From NCBI GenBank assembly GCA_964472765.1, contig CAYYNI010000002.1:1-34102 (forward strand): a stretch of 34,102 nucleotides of DNA, in the 5' to 3' direction. Both the position numbers and the translations under genes were made by a program. The notes beneath the pieces were generated by a model. It saw nothing but the letters and a program-made list of their open reading frames with translations. It had not been told where the DNA came from and did not search any database. Of this stretch, positions 26,772 through 34,102 are shown piece by piece. Position 1 is the stretch's first letter. Each line of letters starts with the position of its first letter. This DNA is from an uncultured Thermotogaceae bacterium. GTDB lineage: Bacteria; Thermotogota; Thermotogae; MWEM01.

Positions 26772-27080
26772 ATGACTGGTCCTGTTGAAATGCAAACTAA
26801 TTTTATACGAGCACCTCAAACAGCTCAACAGATTGCGAATCAATCCAGTGCTGAAAATGCAGCTTATACAACAATCGCTCAAGAACAATCCCAAGAGGCA
26901 AAACGAAAAACCGAATCAACTCGTGATTCAAAAAAAAGTGAACAGGAAGAAACGAAAAACTCTACCCAAGATCAGAAAAAGAATGCCTATATTCAACGAG
27001 ACATGAAGGCCAAAGAGAAAAAAGATCAAAAGATTGTTGACGATGAATTTAGAGGTCATTTTTTAGATATCCACTTGTAA
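26772..27080 (+). CDS. small hydrophilic, low-complexity protein of unknown function
   Basis: I prefer ATG 26772 (MTGPVEMQ), 1 nt after the fliA stop, with AGAGG upstream; the ORF-track start at 26748 lies inside fliA. The product is 102 aa, rich in Q/K/E/S/T, with no Cys or Trp, and ends in a short hydrophobic tail (IVDDEFRGHFLDIHL). Its status as a real gene rests on position and ORF length only. Confidence 0.6.
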   Translation: MTGPVEMQTNFIRAPQTAQQIANQSSAENAAYTTIAQEQSQEAKRKTESTRDSKKSEQEETKNSTQDQKKNAYIQRDMKAKEKKDQKIVDDEFRGHFLDIHL

Positions 27081-27122
27081 ATAATTTCAATTTAAAAAAA
27101 CAGTTGATTTGAGGTGTGGACC

Positions 27123-27638
27123 ATGTCAGATGTAAATATGAGTCTGGGTTATTTAATGGTTACAAGGACCGCTGATAACGATTACGTTGGTGGAATCATG
27201 GTGACAGATCCTTATGCTATTCCTGTTGAGTTCAAATATTCTGAACCCATAAAACCCACGGGGCTCCAAAAGATTTTGTACGGAAATTCCATCGAAAAAT
27301 ATCTGTTGGTAGATGTTATCGCAAAAAAGCTTTTACAGAATTTGGAAGAAAAGCCAAAATTTATTTTAATTGAAGACTCACGACTATTGGATATCCAGTT
27401 TAAAACGCCGATTATCTTCATCAATATGCCCACAAAGGGTGCTGAGGAATCCAAAGAAAGCAAATTACGTGAGGAACTTTCAAAAGACACATTGGAAAGC
27501 GGGTATGACATCCTGTTTAATGGGACGCTTACCAGTGATGATATCAAATGGCTTGAAAGAATTTCCGATGAAATCGATATATTAGAACCTTTTCACAGAC
27601 TCAAGGAGGCATTGAACTACGTTTGTTCAGAAGAATAG
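27123..27638 (+). CDS. hypothetical cytoplasmic protein
   Basis: 171 aa from ATG 27123, with GAGGTG 6 nt upstream. No TM segment, signal peptide or recognisable motif. Composition is globular-like. Confidence 0.7.
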   Translation: MSDVNMSLGYLMVTRTADNDYVGGIMVTDPYAIPVEFKYSEPIKPTGLQKILYGNSIEKYLLVDVIAKKLLQNLEEKPKFILIEDSRLLDIQFKTPIIFINMPTKGAEESKESKLREELSKDTLESGYDILFNGTLTSDDIKWLERISDEIDILEPFHRLKEALNYVCSEE

Positions 27639-28579
27639 GCGATTTTTTAAAGGATATAACCGAAACGCTGAAACGAGAAAGGGGAAAACTGCAGATTAAA
27701 ACAGATCCCGTTGATTTTTCTTTTCGTGTAGAAACATTAAAATCAACAGAGCATCAGATCAATATTCAAGACAGTGTGATGTTTCAAGAAATGTTTCTTC
27801 CCCTGAGCATGGAAGAGCGTTCTCAAAAGGTTAATATCCTTGGAGAATCTGATCATTCACCTTCTGTGCATATCAATAGCGCCAGCACGATTCTCAAAGC
27901 GAATTTAAAAAGATTAGTCGAAAGTGAAGCGGTTTTGTCTATTCGAGACAATCCTTGTGTGTTTGGCGAAAAGATAACCTTTCAAGAGATAGAATTAGAG
28001 AATTATCAAAAACAAGGTGCCGTTCACGATGTTTATGAATTGAATCAACTGAATCAAGTTAAAGTAAACAAAGAGGCTCATTCAGAAGATTTCAGACAAG
28101 CTAGCGTTCTATTAAAATCATCTGAATTGGCATTCTCTGCTTTTTTGAATAGTCTGGAAACTGAATTTAATCGTCAACAACGATTAGCGTTTCATTTTGA
28201 TAATTCCATAATTTTTAACATTTCAGTGGAGGCCCATTCTACTCTGTTTCGCATTAGTTGTCATAAAGCCCTCTCAAGTATCATGCAATTTCCAATTAAA
28301 CGGAACAGAGTGTCAAAGGCTGGTTATGAAACAGAAGAACTTAAACGAGCCCTCGAATTCATCGTCAATCGTTATGCATACAGAGGGAAATTGAGTATTA
28401 TAGGTATTTATAAAAACGTTCCCATTGATACAGTAGAAAGACTGACTTTTTCAAAGCATCAGGAGTTGTTTTTTTATCTGAAGAAAGGGAATCAGAAAAG
28501 ACAAATTCTAATGGATGTTCTTATTGTTCGAACAAACGAAGGAAGATATCATGTGGGTCCAATCGTTAGAAAAGCTTAA
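27623..28579 (+). CDS. hypothetical cytoplasmic protein
   Basis: 318-aa ORF from TTG 27623, overlapping the upstream ORF by 16 nt. Alternative in-frame starts are GTG 27776 and ATG 27779. The 3' end overlaps the mfd start by 29 nt. No motif recognised. Confidence 0.65.
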   Translation: MFRRIGDFLKDITETLKRERGKLQIKTDPVDFSFRVETLKSTEHQINIQDSVMFQEMFLPLSMEERSQKVNILGESDHSPSVHINSASTILKANLKRLVESEAVLSIRDNPCVFGEKITFQEIELENYQKQGAVHDVYELNQLNQVKVNKEAHSEDFRQASVLLKSSELAFSAFLNSLETEFNRQQRLAFHFDNSIIFNISVEAHSTLFRISCHKALSSIMQFPIKRNRVSKAGYETEELKRALEFIVNRYAYRGKLSIIGIYKNVPIDTVERLTFSKHQELFFYLKKGNQKRQILMDVLIVRTNEGRYHVGPIVRKA

Positions 28580-31500
28580 GAAAAAGACGTTGTCGAAAAG
28601 AAGTATTATCGTTGCAGGCGAAGCGGGTTTCTACGACAAGGTTCCTTCTGTGCTGGAAACTTTGTGCGAGTATTCCGCAAAACCAACCGTTATCGTTCTT
28701 CCCGATTTAAAATATTACAGGAAGTATTTAGAAATGATCAATCCGGATCATTTTAGTTTGTTCCCCCCCCCGGATGTTTTGCCGTTTGAGCCCGTGAGCG
28801 CTTCCTATTCTACTCTGAGAGACAGAATGAAAACGCTTTTAAATATTCAAGATCAGACAAAGCCCATTTTGACAACTACACTGGGATTGCTCCAGAGAAC
28901 CATTAGCATTGATGAATTAAGAGTAAAGATGATGCCGTTGCATGTATTTGATCAGATGAGTATGAGCAACATCAGAAATTATCTGGAAAAAACGGGTTAT
29001 GAGCATGTTTTTACCGTTAAAAACCCAGGTGAATTCTCAGTCAAAGGCTTTATTGTAGATTTTTTTCCCCTTCATGCTGAAAATCCCTTGAGAATTGAGC
29101 TGTTTGATAATGAGATTTCTGAGATTCGATTGTTCAATTCACAAACCCAAAGAACAATTAAGCAAGAAGATCATTGTCTCGTCTCTCCTGCAAAAGAGCT
29201 TATTTTTGATGAAGAAAATGAACATTCATTTCTTGAAAGGATTGGGAAATTAAAAGATAAATATCCCAATAGTGAATTTCTTGAGGATTTGGAGCTTCAT
29301 CCCATGGACTATTCAGCTCTTTCTCCATTGTTTCTGAAATCAGCTGTTCCGGTAATCTCTCTTTTTTCTGACCGAAAGTTTATATTTGTGGATTTGGAAG
29401 AATCCATGTATGCCATGAACCAATACGAGAAGGACCTATTTGAAATCTTTCCCAATCCTCAATATCGTGAAATCTATTATCATTATCTGAGAATTAGCGA
29501 ATCCATGTTGTTAAGAACAGAAGACTGGATCAATCTAACCAAGGTGGAACCCCAATTTGAGGATTCCGCTTTGAATTTCGGCGTTTATGAAATGGTCAAA
29601 CTGGATACTTCCTCGATTAAAGGCGCCAAGAAACTGCATAAGACTTCCAAGTTTTTGGAATATGAAACCGAAAAGATTATTGATGAGGATACAATTGAAC
29701 TCGATGCATTGATCGTCCATGAAGATTACGGAATTGGAAAATACAAAGGGAACGAGGTCATAACCAATTATGCAGGAACCCGTGAATATCTGAAATTAGA
29801 GTATGCTGACGATGTGAGTATCTTTGTCCCGGTTGAAAATATCGACAGAATCCACACCTATGTAGGTGATGAGAATCTAGTCAAGCTAACAAATCTTAAG
29901 AGTAAAACATGGGCCAATACCAAAAAGAGAGTCAGAGAAGATATTGAACAAAAAATCGAAGAGTTAATCCAATTATATGCCATTCGGACTAAGACGCAAG
30001 GAAATGTTCTTTTAGGTGATCACGAGTTGGAAAAGAAGTTCTTTGACAGCTTCCCGCACATTGAAACCCTCGGCCAAGATAAGGCTATCGCTGAGGTTTT
30101 TGCTGACATGGAATCGGAACAACCCATGGACAGGCTTATTTTTGGCGATGCCGGGTCGGGTAAAACAGAGGTGGCCATGCGGGCAGCTTTTAGAACCGTA
30201 TGTTCTGGGTTTCAGGTAGCAATGTTAGTTCCCACTACTGTTTTGGCAAAACAACATTATAACCAATTTTATCGGAGGATGACAGAATTTGGTTTAAAAG
30301 TCCATTTGCTGGATCGATTTGTTACAGCTAAGCGGAGAAGTGAGATTATAAGAGGGCTTAAAGAAGGTACCATCGATATTGTCATCGGAACCCATTCTCT
30401 TCTATCCAAAAATATCAAATTCAATAATTTAGGGTTATTAATCATAGATGAAGAACAAAAATTTGGTGTACTTCAGAAAGAAAAGATTAAATCTTTGAAA
30501 GAGAAGATTGACGTGTTAACCCTTTCGGCTACCCCAATCCCAAGAACCCTTTACATGGGTTTGTCTGGGATAAAAAATATGTCGATTATTGACACCCTTC
30601 CTCCGGGAAGGATTCCGGTCGAAGTTGCCAGTTCTCCCTACAATGATAAACTTATCAAAACAGCGGTTTTAAGGGAAGTGTCCAGGGGAGGGCAAGTAAT
30701 TTATGTTCACAATCGAGTTGAAGATATTGATGAAATTTATGATGGATTAAGAAAAACGATACCGGATATAATCTGTGGATTAGCTCATGGACAGATGAAA
30801 AAAAGCCAATTTGAAAGCTCTGTGCAAGCCTTTTACGAGGGTGAAATGGACATGCTTATTTGTACGACCATTATTGAGAGCGGTGTGGATATTCCCAATG
30901 CTAATACGCTTATTATAGATGATTCCCATCGATATGGACTATCTCAGCTTTATCAATTAAGGGGTAGAGTGGGAAGGAGTGACAGAAGGGCTTATGCCTA
31001 TTTTCTGTACCCCAGAAAAACTCGTTTAAAACCGGAAGCTTTTTCTAGATTGGAGGCGATTGTTTCACTCCATGGAGCGGGAAGTGGACTGCAATTAGCG
31101 ATGCGGGATATGGAAATTCGAGGGATCGGAAATGTACTTGGAATGGAGCAGCACGGTGAAATCAATACCATCGGATTGCACCTTTACAGACAAATCCTTG
31201 ATGATGTGATGTTTAAGCATGGTTTAAAGGAAAGAAAAGAGGAGCAACCATCTGAAATCAAGTCATTGATTCAAGTGGAATTAAAAGGATTCTATTTTGA
31301 GGTGTTGATTCCTGAAGATTATATTGAAAATAACATTGAACGGATGAAAGTGTATCGTAAGATTGCCCTGAGTGAACGAATTGAAGATATAGATGATGTT
31401 GAAAAGGAAATAGAAGACCGGTTCGGAAAGGTACCAAAACAGATTAGTGATTTGATGTTTTACTCAAAAATCAAGTTATATGCAGAAAGTTTGGGGATTA

Positions 31501-31703
31501 TGAGCATTGAAAAAACGATAAACTCCGGGCAATACCTGTTGTTTTTCAAAGACCTGAAATCAGCGGATCTTTTTTCCATTGGAAAACACAGGGGATTCAT
31601 CAACCGTGAAGAACACCAGGCAGTTGTTTATTCCAGAAAGGATGATGAATTGTACCAGCTTTTCAAAGAGAATCAGAAAGGAGATGGCAAACGCCATGGA
31701 TAA
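28551..31703 (+). CDS. mfd: transcription-repair coupling factor Mfd
   Basis: It has the CarD/RID-like block (VHEDYGIGKY), SF2 helicase motifs (GDAGSGKTEVA, DEEQKFG, LSATPIPRT, QLRGRVGRS) and a TRG-like region. I prefer ATG 28551 with GAAGGAAG 5 nt upstream, rather than the ORF-track ATG 28515. Confidence 0.95.
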   Translation: MWVQSLEKLKKKTLSKRSIIVAGEAGFYDKVPSVLETLCEYSAKPTVIVLPDLKYYRKYLEMINPDHFSLFPPPDVLPFEPVSASYSTLRDRMKTLLNIQDQTKPILTTTLGLLQRTISIDELRVKMMPLHVFDQMSMSNIRNYLEKTGYEHVFTVKNPGEFSVKGFIVDFFPLHAENPLRIELFDNEISEIRLFNSQTQRTIKQEDHCLVSPAKELIFDEENEHSFLERIGKLKDKYPNSEFLEDLELHPMDYSALSPLFLKSAVPVISLFSDRKFIFVDLEESMYAMNQYEKDLFEIFPNPQYREIYYHYLRISESMLLRTEDWINLTKVEPQFEDSALNFGVYEMVKLDTSSIKGAKKLHKTSKFLEYETEKIIDEDTIELDALIVHEDYGIGKYKGNEVITNYAGTREYLKLEYADDVSIFVPVENIDRIHTYVGDENLVKLTNLKSKTWANTKKRVREDIEQKIEELIQLYAIRTKTQGNVLLGDHELEKKFFDSFPHIETLGQDKAIAEVFADMESEQPMDRLIFGDAGSGKTEVAMRAAFRTVCSGFQVAMLVPTTVLAKQHYNQFYRRMTEFGLKVHLLDRFVTAKRRSEIIRGLKEGTIDIVIGTHSLLSKNIKFNNLGLLIIDEEQKFGVLQKEKIKSLKEKIDVLTLSATPIPRTLYMGLSGIKNMSIIDTLPPGRIPVEVASSPYNDKLIKTAVLREVSRGGQVIYVHNRVEDIDEIYDGLRKTIPDIICGLAHGQMKKSQFESSVQAFYEGEMDMLICTTIIESGVDIPNANTLIIDDSHRYGLSQLYQLRGRVGRSDRRAYAYFLYPRKTRLKPEAFSRLEAIVSLHGAGSGLQLAMRDMEIRGIGNVLGMEQHGEINTIGLHLYRQILDDVMFKHGLKERKEEQPSEIKSLIQVELKGFYFEVLIPEDYIENNIERMKVYRKIALSERIEDIDDVEKEIEDRFGKVPKQISDLMFYSKIKLYAESLGIMSIEKTINSGQYLLFFKDLKSADLFSIGKHRGFINREEHQAVVYSRKDDELYQLFKENQKGDGKRHG

Positions 31704-32556
31704 AACGATTAAGGTAACCGTGTTGATGGATGATCTGGCGGGAAAAGTGAGGGATATAAGGGCCCACCACGGCTTATCCTTCCTGTTTGATATTCAGTAT
31801 TCTTCCGGTAATAGTTTTAAGTTTTTGTTTGATACCGGTACAAACGGTGATGATTTATTAAATAATATGAAGATTCTTGGCGTTGATCCTGATGAGATTG
31901 ATGCGGCGATGATTACCCATAAACACTATGACCACTCCGGAGGATTACCCCAAGTGTTGGATGCCAGAAAAAAGCCTTTAACGATATTCATTGGCAGAGA
32001 TTTTTTTGTTCCGGCTTTTTCAGCCAATCCATGGAAGATAGCGGGAGTGGAATATTCACGAGCTCAATTGGAACAAAATGGGGCAGTTTTTGTCGAATTG
32101 GTGTCACCCTATGAAATCTCAACGGATGTGATCATCAGTGGTCAATTGAACCAGGTTGACCCGCATTTTGAAAACATTCAGGGGTTTACACGATTGCATG
32201 ACGGTCATCCCGATGAAGAACATCAACAGGAGGAAATCGCACTCTACATTACTGAAGGCGATCGTGTACATGTGTTTTCGGGTTGTTCACATTCCGGTAT
32301 TGTTAATATTTGCCGTGATGCTTTGATTAAAACGGATAAGCATAGAATCGGATTGATTATGGGTGGATTTCATTTTGTTAATGCTTCTTCGGTGACTATA
32401 AACGAAAACATCAAAGCATTACAGGCACTTGAGCCTCTTGCCGTTTTAGCCGGTCATTGTACAGGTTTTACAGGTCTTTCTCTTTTGTTTAATGCTTTTG
32501 GGAAGCGTTTTACCCGCTACGCCTGTTCTGATCGGTTTAATCTGATCAGAGATTGA
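31696..32556 (+). CDS. MBL-fold metallo-hydrolase family protein
   Basis: It carries the HxHxDH motif (THKHYDHSGG) and later His/Asp ligand contexts (GCSHSG, GGFHF). I prefer ATG 31696, which overlaps the mfd stop (ATGGATAA), rather than the ORF-track start 31579 inside mfd. Confidence 0.8.
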   Translation: MDKTIKVTVLMDDLAGKVRDIRAHHGLSFLFDIQYSSGNSFKFLFDTGTNGDDLLNNMKILGVDPDEIDAAMITHKHYDHSGGLPQVLDARKKPLTIFIGRDFFVPAFSANPWKIAGVEYSRAQLEQNGAVFVELVSPYEISTDVIISGQLNQVDPHFENIQGFTRLHDGHPDEEHQQEEIALYITEGDRVHVFSGCSHSGIVNICRDALIKTDKHRIGLIMGGFHFVNASSVTINENIKALQALEPLAVLAGHCTGFTGLSLLFNAFGKRFTRYACSDRFNLIRD

Positions 32557-32642
32557 ATCATTTCACAGGATATGCCCTCTAATTGTAACGTTTGTGTAAT
32601 TAAATATTTGTTGAAGTTTTTCTAAGCTGTCATAACACCGTG

Positions 32643-32671
32643 TTGACTAAAAAACCTTTTTCAGTTATACT
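32643..32671 (+). promoter_or_regulatory. candidate sigma-70-type promoter for ffh-rpsP
   Basis: TTGACT (32643-32648), a 17-nt spacer, then TATACT (32666-32671), 13 nt before the AGGAGG SD. Confidence 0.55.
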
Positions 32672-32700
32672 CACGGTGGCTCTTAGGAGGAGTGGGTATT

Positions 32701-34026
32701 TTGTTTGAAAATCTTCAAGAGAAACTTGGAAAGGCCTTTAAAACTTTAAAAGGCCAGGGTAAAATTAGCGAAAAAAATATAAAAGAAGCCATTAAGATGG
32801 TGAAAATGTCTCTTTTAGAGGCAGATGTTAATTATAAGATCGTAAAGGGTTTTGTTGCCAAAGTCAAAGACAAGGCTATGGGCGAAGAAGTGATGAAAAG
32901 CCTCACACCTGATCAGCAGTTCATCAAAATTGTGAGCGATGAATTGACGACGCTTATGGGTGAGAAGACTGAAAAACTCAAATTCGTTCATCGACCATCC
33001 TATATTATGATGGTAGGACTCCAAGGAAGCGGTAAAACCACTACTGCCGCCAAGATTTCCAGAAAACTAAAATCGGAAGGCAAAAAGGTTTTACTGGTAG
33101 CCGCAGATGTTTACAGGCCAGCGGCTATCGATCAGCTTGAAGTGTTGGGTGGAGAAATTGGCGTTGAAGTTTTTTCTGGTGATAGGAAAAATGCTTTGAA
33201 TATCGTCCGTGAGGCTCAAGAAATAGCCATTCGTAAAAATGCCGATTGTGTGATATTAGACACTGCTGGGCGATTGCATATAGATGAAAAGATGATGGCT
33301 GAGCTTGAAAATATTAAGGAAATGGTTAATCCGGATGAAATCCTCATGGTAATTGATTCCATGATCGGTCAGGATGCTTTGGTAACTGCTAAAACATTTA
33401 ATGAAAAGCTTGAGGTAACGGGATTTGTTTTAACAAAACTTGACGGTGATGCCAGAGGTGGTGTGGCTTTATCCATTCGTGAAGAGACGGGAAAGCCCAT
33501 TAAATACGTTGGAATTAGTGAAAAAACGGACGGAATTGAAGAATTTCACCCGGATAGAATGGCCAATCGAATCCTTGGAATGGGTGATGTGTTAACACTG
33601 ATCGAAAAAGTGGAACAATCAGTCGACATGGAAAAGGCCAAAGAGATGGAAAAGAAATTCAAAAAGGCCCAGTTTACCTTTGATGATTTTTTGGATCAAT
33701 TGAAGCAGATCAGGAAAATGGGATCCCTTAGTTCGATATTGGGGATGCTTCCAGGAGCCAATAAAATCAAAAATCTGGATGTGGATGAAAGCAGACTCAA
33801 TCATATCACGGCAATCATCCAATCTATGACGAAGAAAGAACGTAAAAATCCCAAGATAATCAATTACGCTAGAAAGAAGAGGATTGCCAGTGGCAGCGGT
33901 CAGCCTTTATCGGAAGTAACCAAGCTCATCAAGAACTTTGAGGATATGAAAAAGATGATGAAAAAAATGAATAAAACCGGGCTAAAAGGATTAAAAGGCC
34001 TTTCCGGCGGCGGTTTTCCATTTTAA
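32701..34026 (+). CDS. ffh: signal recognition particle protein Ffh
   Basis: It has an N domain, a G domain (GLQGSGKTTT, DTAGR, TKLDGDARGG) and a Met-rich M domain. The ORF track starts at GTG 32692, only 1 nt after AGGAGG (32685-32690). TTG 32701 has 10-nt spacing and gives MFENLQEKL, matching the usual Ffh N-terminus. Confidence 0.93.
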   Translation: MFENLQEKLGKAFKTLKGQGKISEKNIKEAIKMVKMSLLEADVNYKIVKGFVAKVKDKAMGEEVMKSLTPDQQFIKIVSDELTTLMGEKTEKLKFVHRPSYIMMVGLQGSGKTTTAAKISRKLKSEGKKVLLVAADVYRPAAIDQLEVLGGEIGVEVFSGDRKNALNIVREAQEIAIRKNADCVILDTAGRLHIDEKMMAELENIKEMVNPDEILMVIDSMIGQDALVTAKTFNEKLEVTGFVLTKLDGDARGGVALSIREETGKPIKYVGISEKTDGIEEFHPDRMANRILGMGDVLTLIEKVEQSVDMEKAKEMEKKFKKAQFTFDDFLDQLKQIRKMGSLSSILGMLPGANKIKNLDVDESRLNHITAIIQSMTKKERKNPKIINYARKKRIASGSGQPLSEVTKLIKNFEDMKKMMKKMNKTGLKGLKGLSGGGFPF

Positions 34027-34078
34027 TTTTAGAATGATAAAACATTCAAAAAACAAATTGAAGGAGGTCAATTGAAAA

Positions 34079-34102
34079 GTGGTAAGAATCAGGTTAACCC
34101 GT
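34079..34102 (+). CDS. rpsP: 30S ribosomal protein S16, first 8 codons only (truncated by window end)
   Basis: GTG 34079 followed by VRIRLTR matches the conserved S16 N-terminus (MVKIRLxR). AAGGAGG (34061-34067) lies upstream. The ffh-rpsP order is canonical. Confidence 0.7.

Noticed and set aside
26772-27080. Calling the 102-aa protein after fliA the anti-sigma-28 factor FlgM.
   Set aside because: Size, disorder and location fit, but I cannot see the conserved FlgM C-terminal helical segment. It is kept only as a hypothesis in the findings and is not annotated as flgM.
27123-27638. Peptidyl-tRNA hydrolase (pth), often found immediately upstream of mfd.
   Set aside because: The 171-aa sequence lacks the Pth N-terminal GLGNPG...RHN signature and shows no other resemblance.
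1-34102. A search for tRNA/rRNA genes, CRISPR arrays, IS/transposase or integrase genes, long direct or inverted repeats, and obvious frameshifted pseudogenes.
   Set aside because: I found none by eye. Intergenic regions are short (at most 230 nt) and AT-rich, and every long ORF is intact. This is a visual scan only; tRNAscan-SE, Infernal and a repeat finder would be needed for a definitive negative.

Overview
AT-rich chromosomal segment from a flagellated bacterium. The order flhB-flhA-flhF-flhG-PilZ-cheC-cheD-fliA resembles Thermotogota/Firmicutes-type fla/che clusters, but I cannot assign taxonomy from sequence alone. All domain calls rest on motifs read by eye and family signatures recalled from memory; no searches were run.

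Layout:
(1) galE on the minus strand.
(2) Divergent from galE, a three-gene putative exopolysaccharide synthase locus: a BcsB-like secreted, C-terminally anchored protein; a processive GT2 synthase whose N-terminus carries two near-perfect MshEN-type c-di-GMP-binding motifs and which has no PilZ domain; and an uncharacterised polytopic membrane protein.
(3) A tightly packed minus-strand operon: ABC-2 permease without an ATPase, mnmG, an AEC-family transporter, and a protein with a Zc3h12a-like NYN RNase domain.
(4) A large lipoprotein of unknown function with its own promoter and terminator.
(5) pepD plus an M18 aminopeptidase, then a convergent yegP.
(6) A co-directional gene array of about 15.5 kb with almost no gaps: fliQ-fliR-flhB-flhA-flhF-flhG, two PilZ genes, cheC-cheD-fliA, three unassignable ORFs, mfd, and an MBL-fold gene.
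(7) ffh and the first 8 codons of rpsP.

I saw no rRNA, tRNA, CRISPR array, IS element, integrase or long repeat.

Best candidates for something undescribed:
- The MshEN-gated synthase locus (1295-6431).
- The translationally coupled unknown cassette between fliA and mfd (26772-28579).
- At lower priority, the NYN-domain protein coupled to mnmG.
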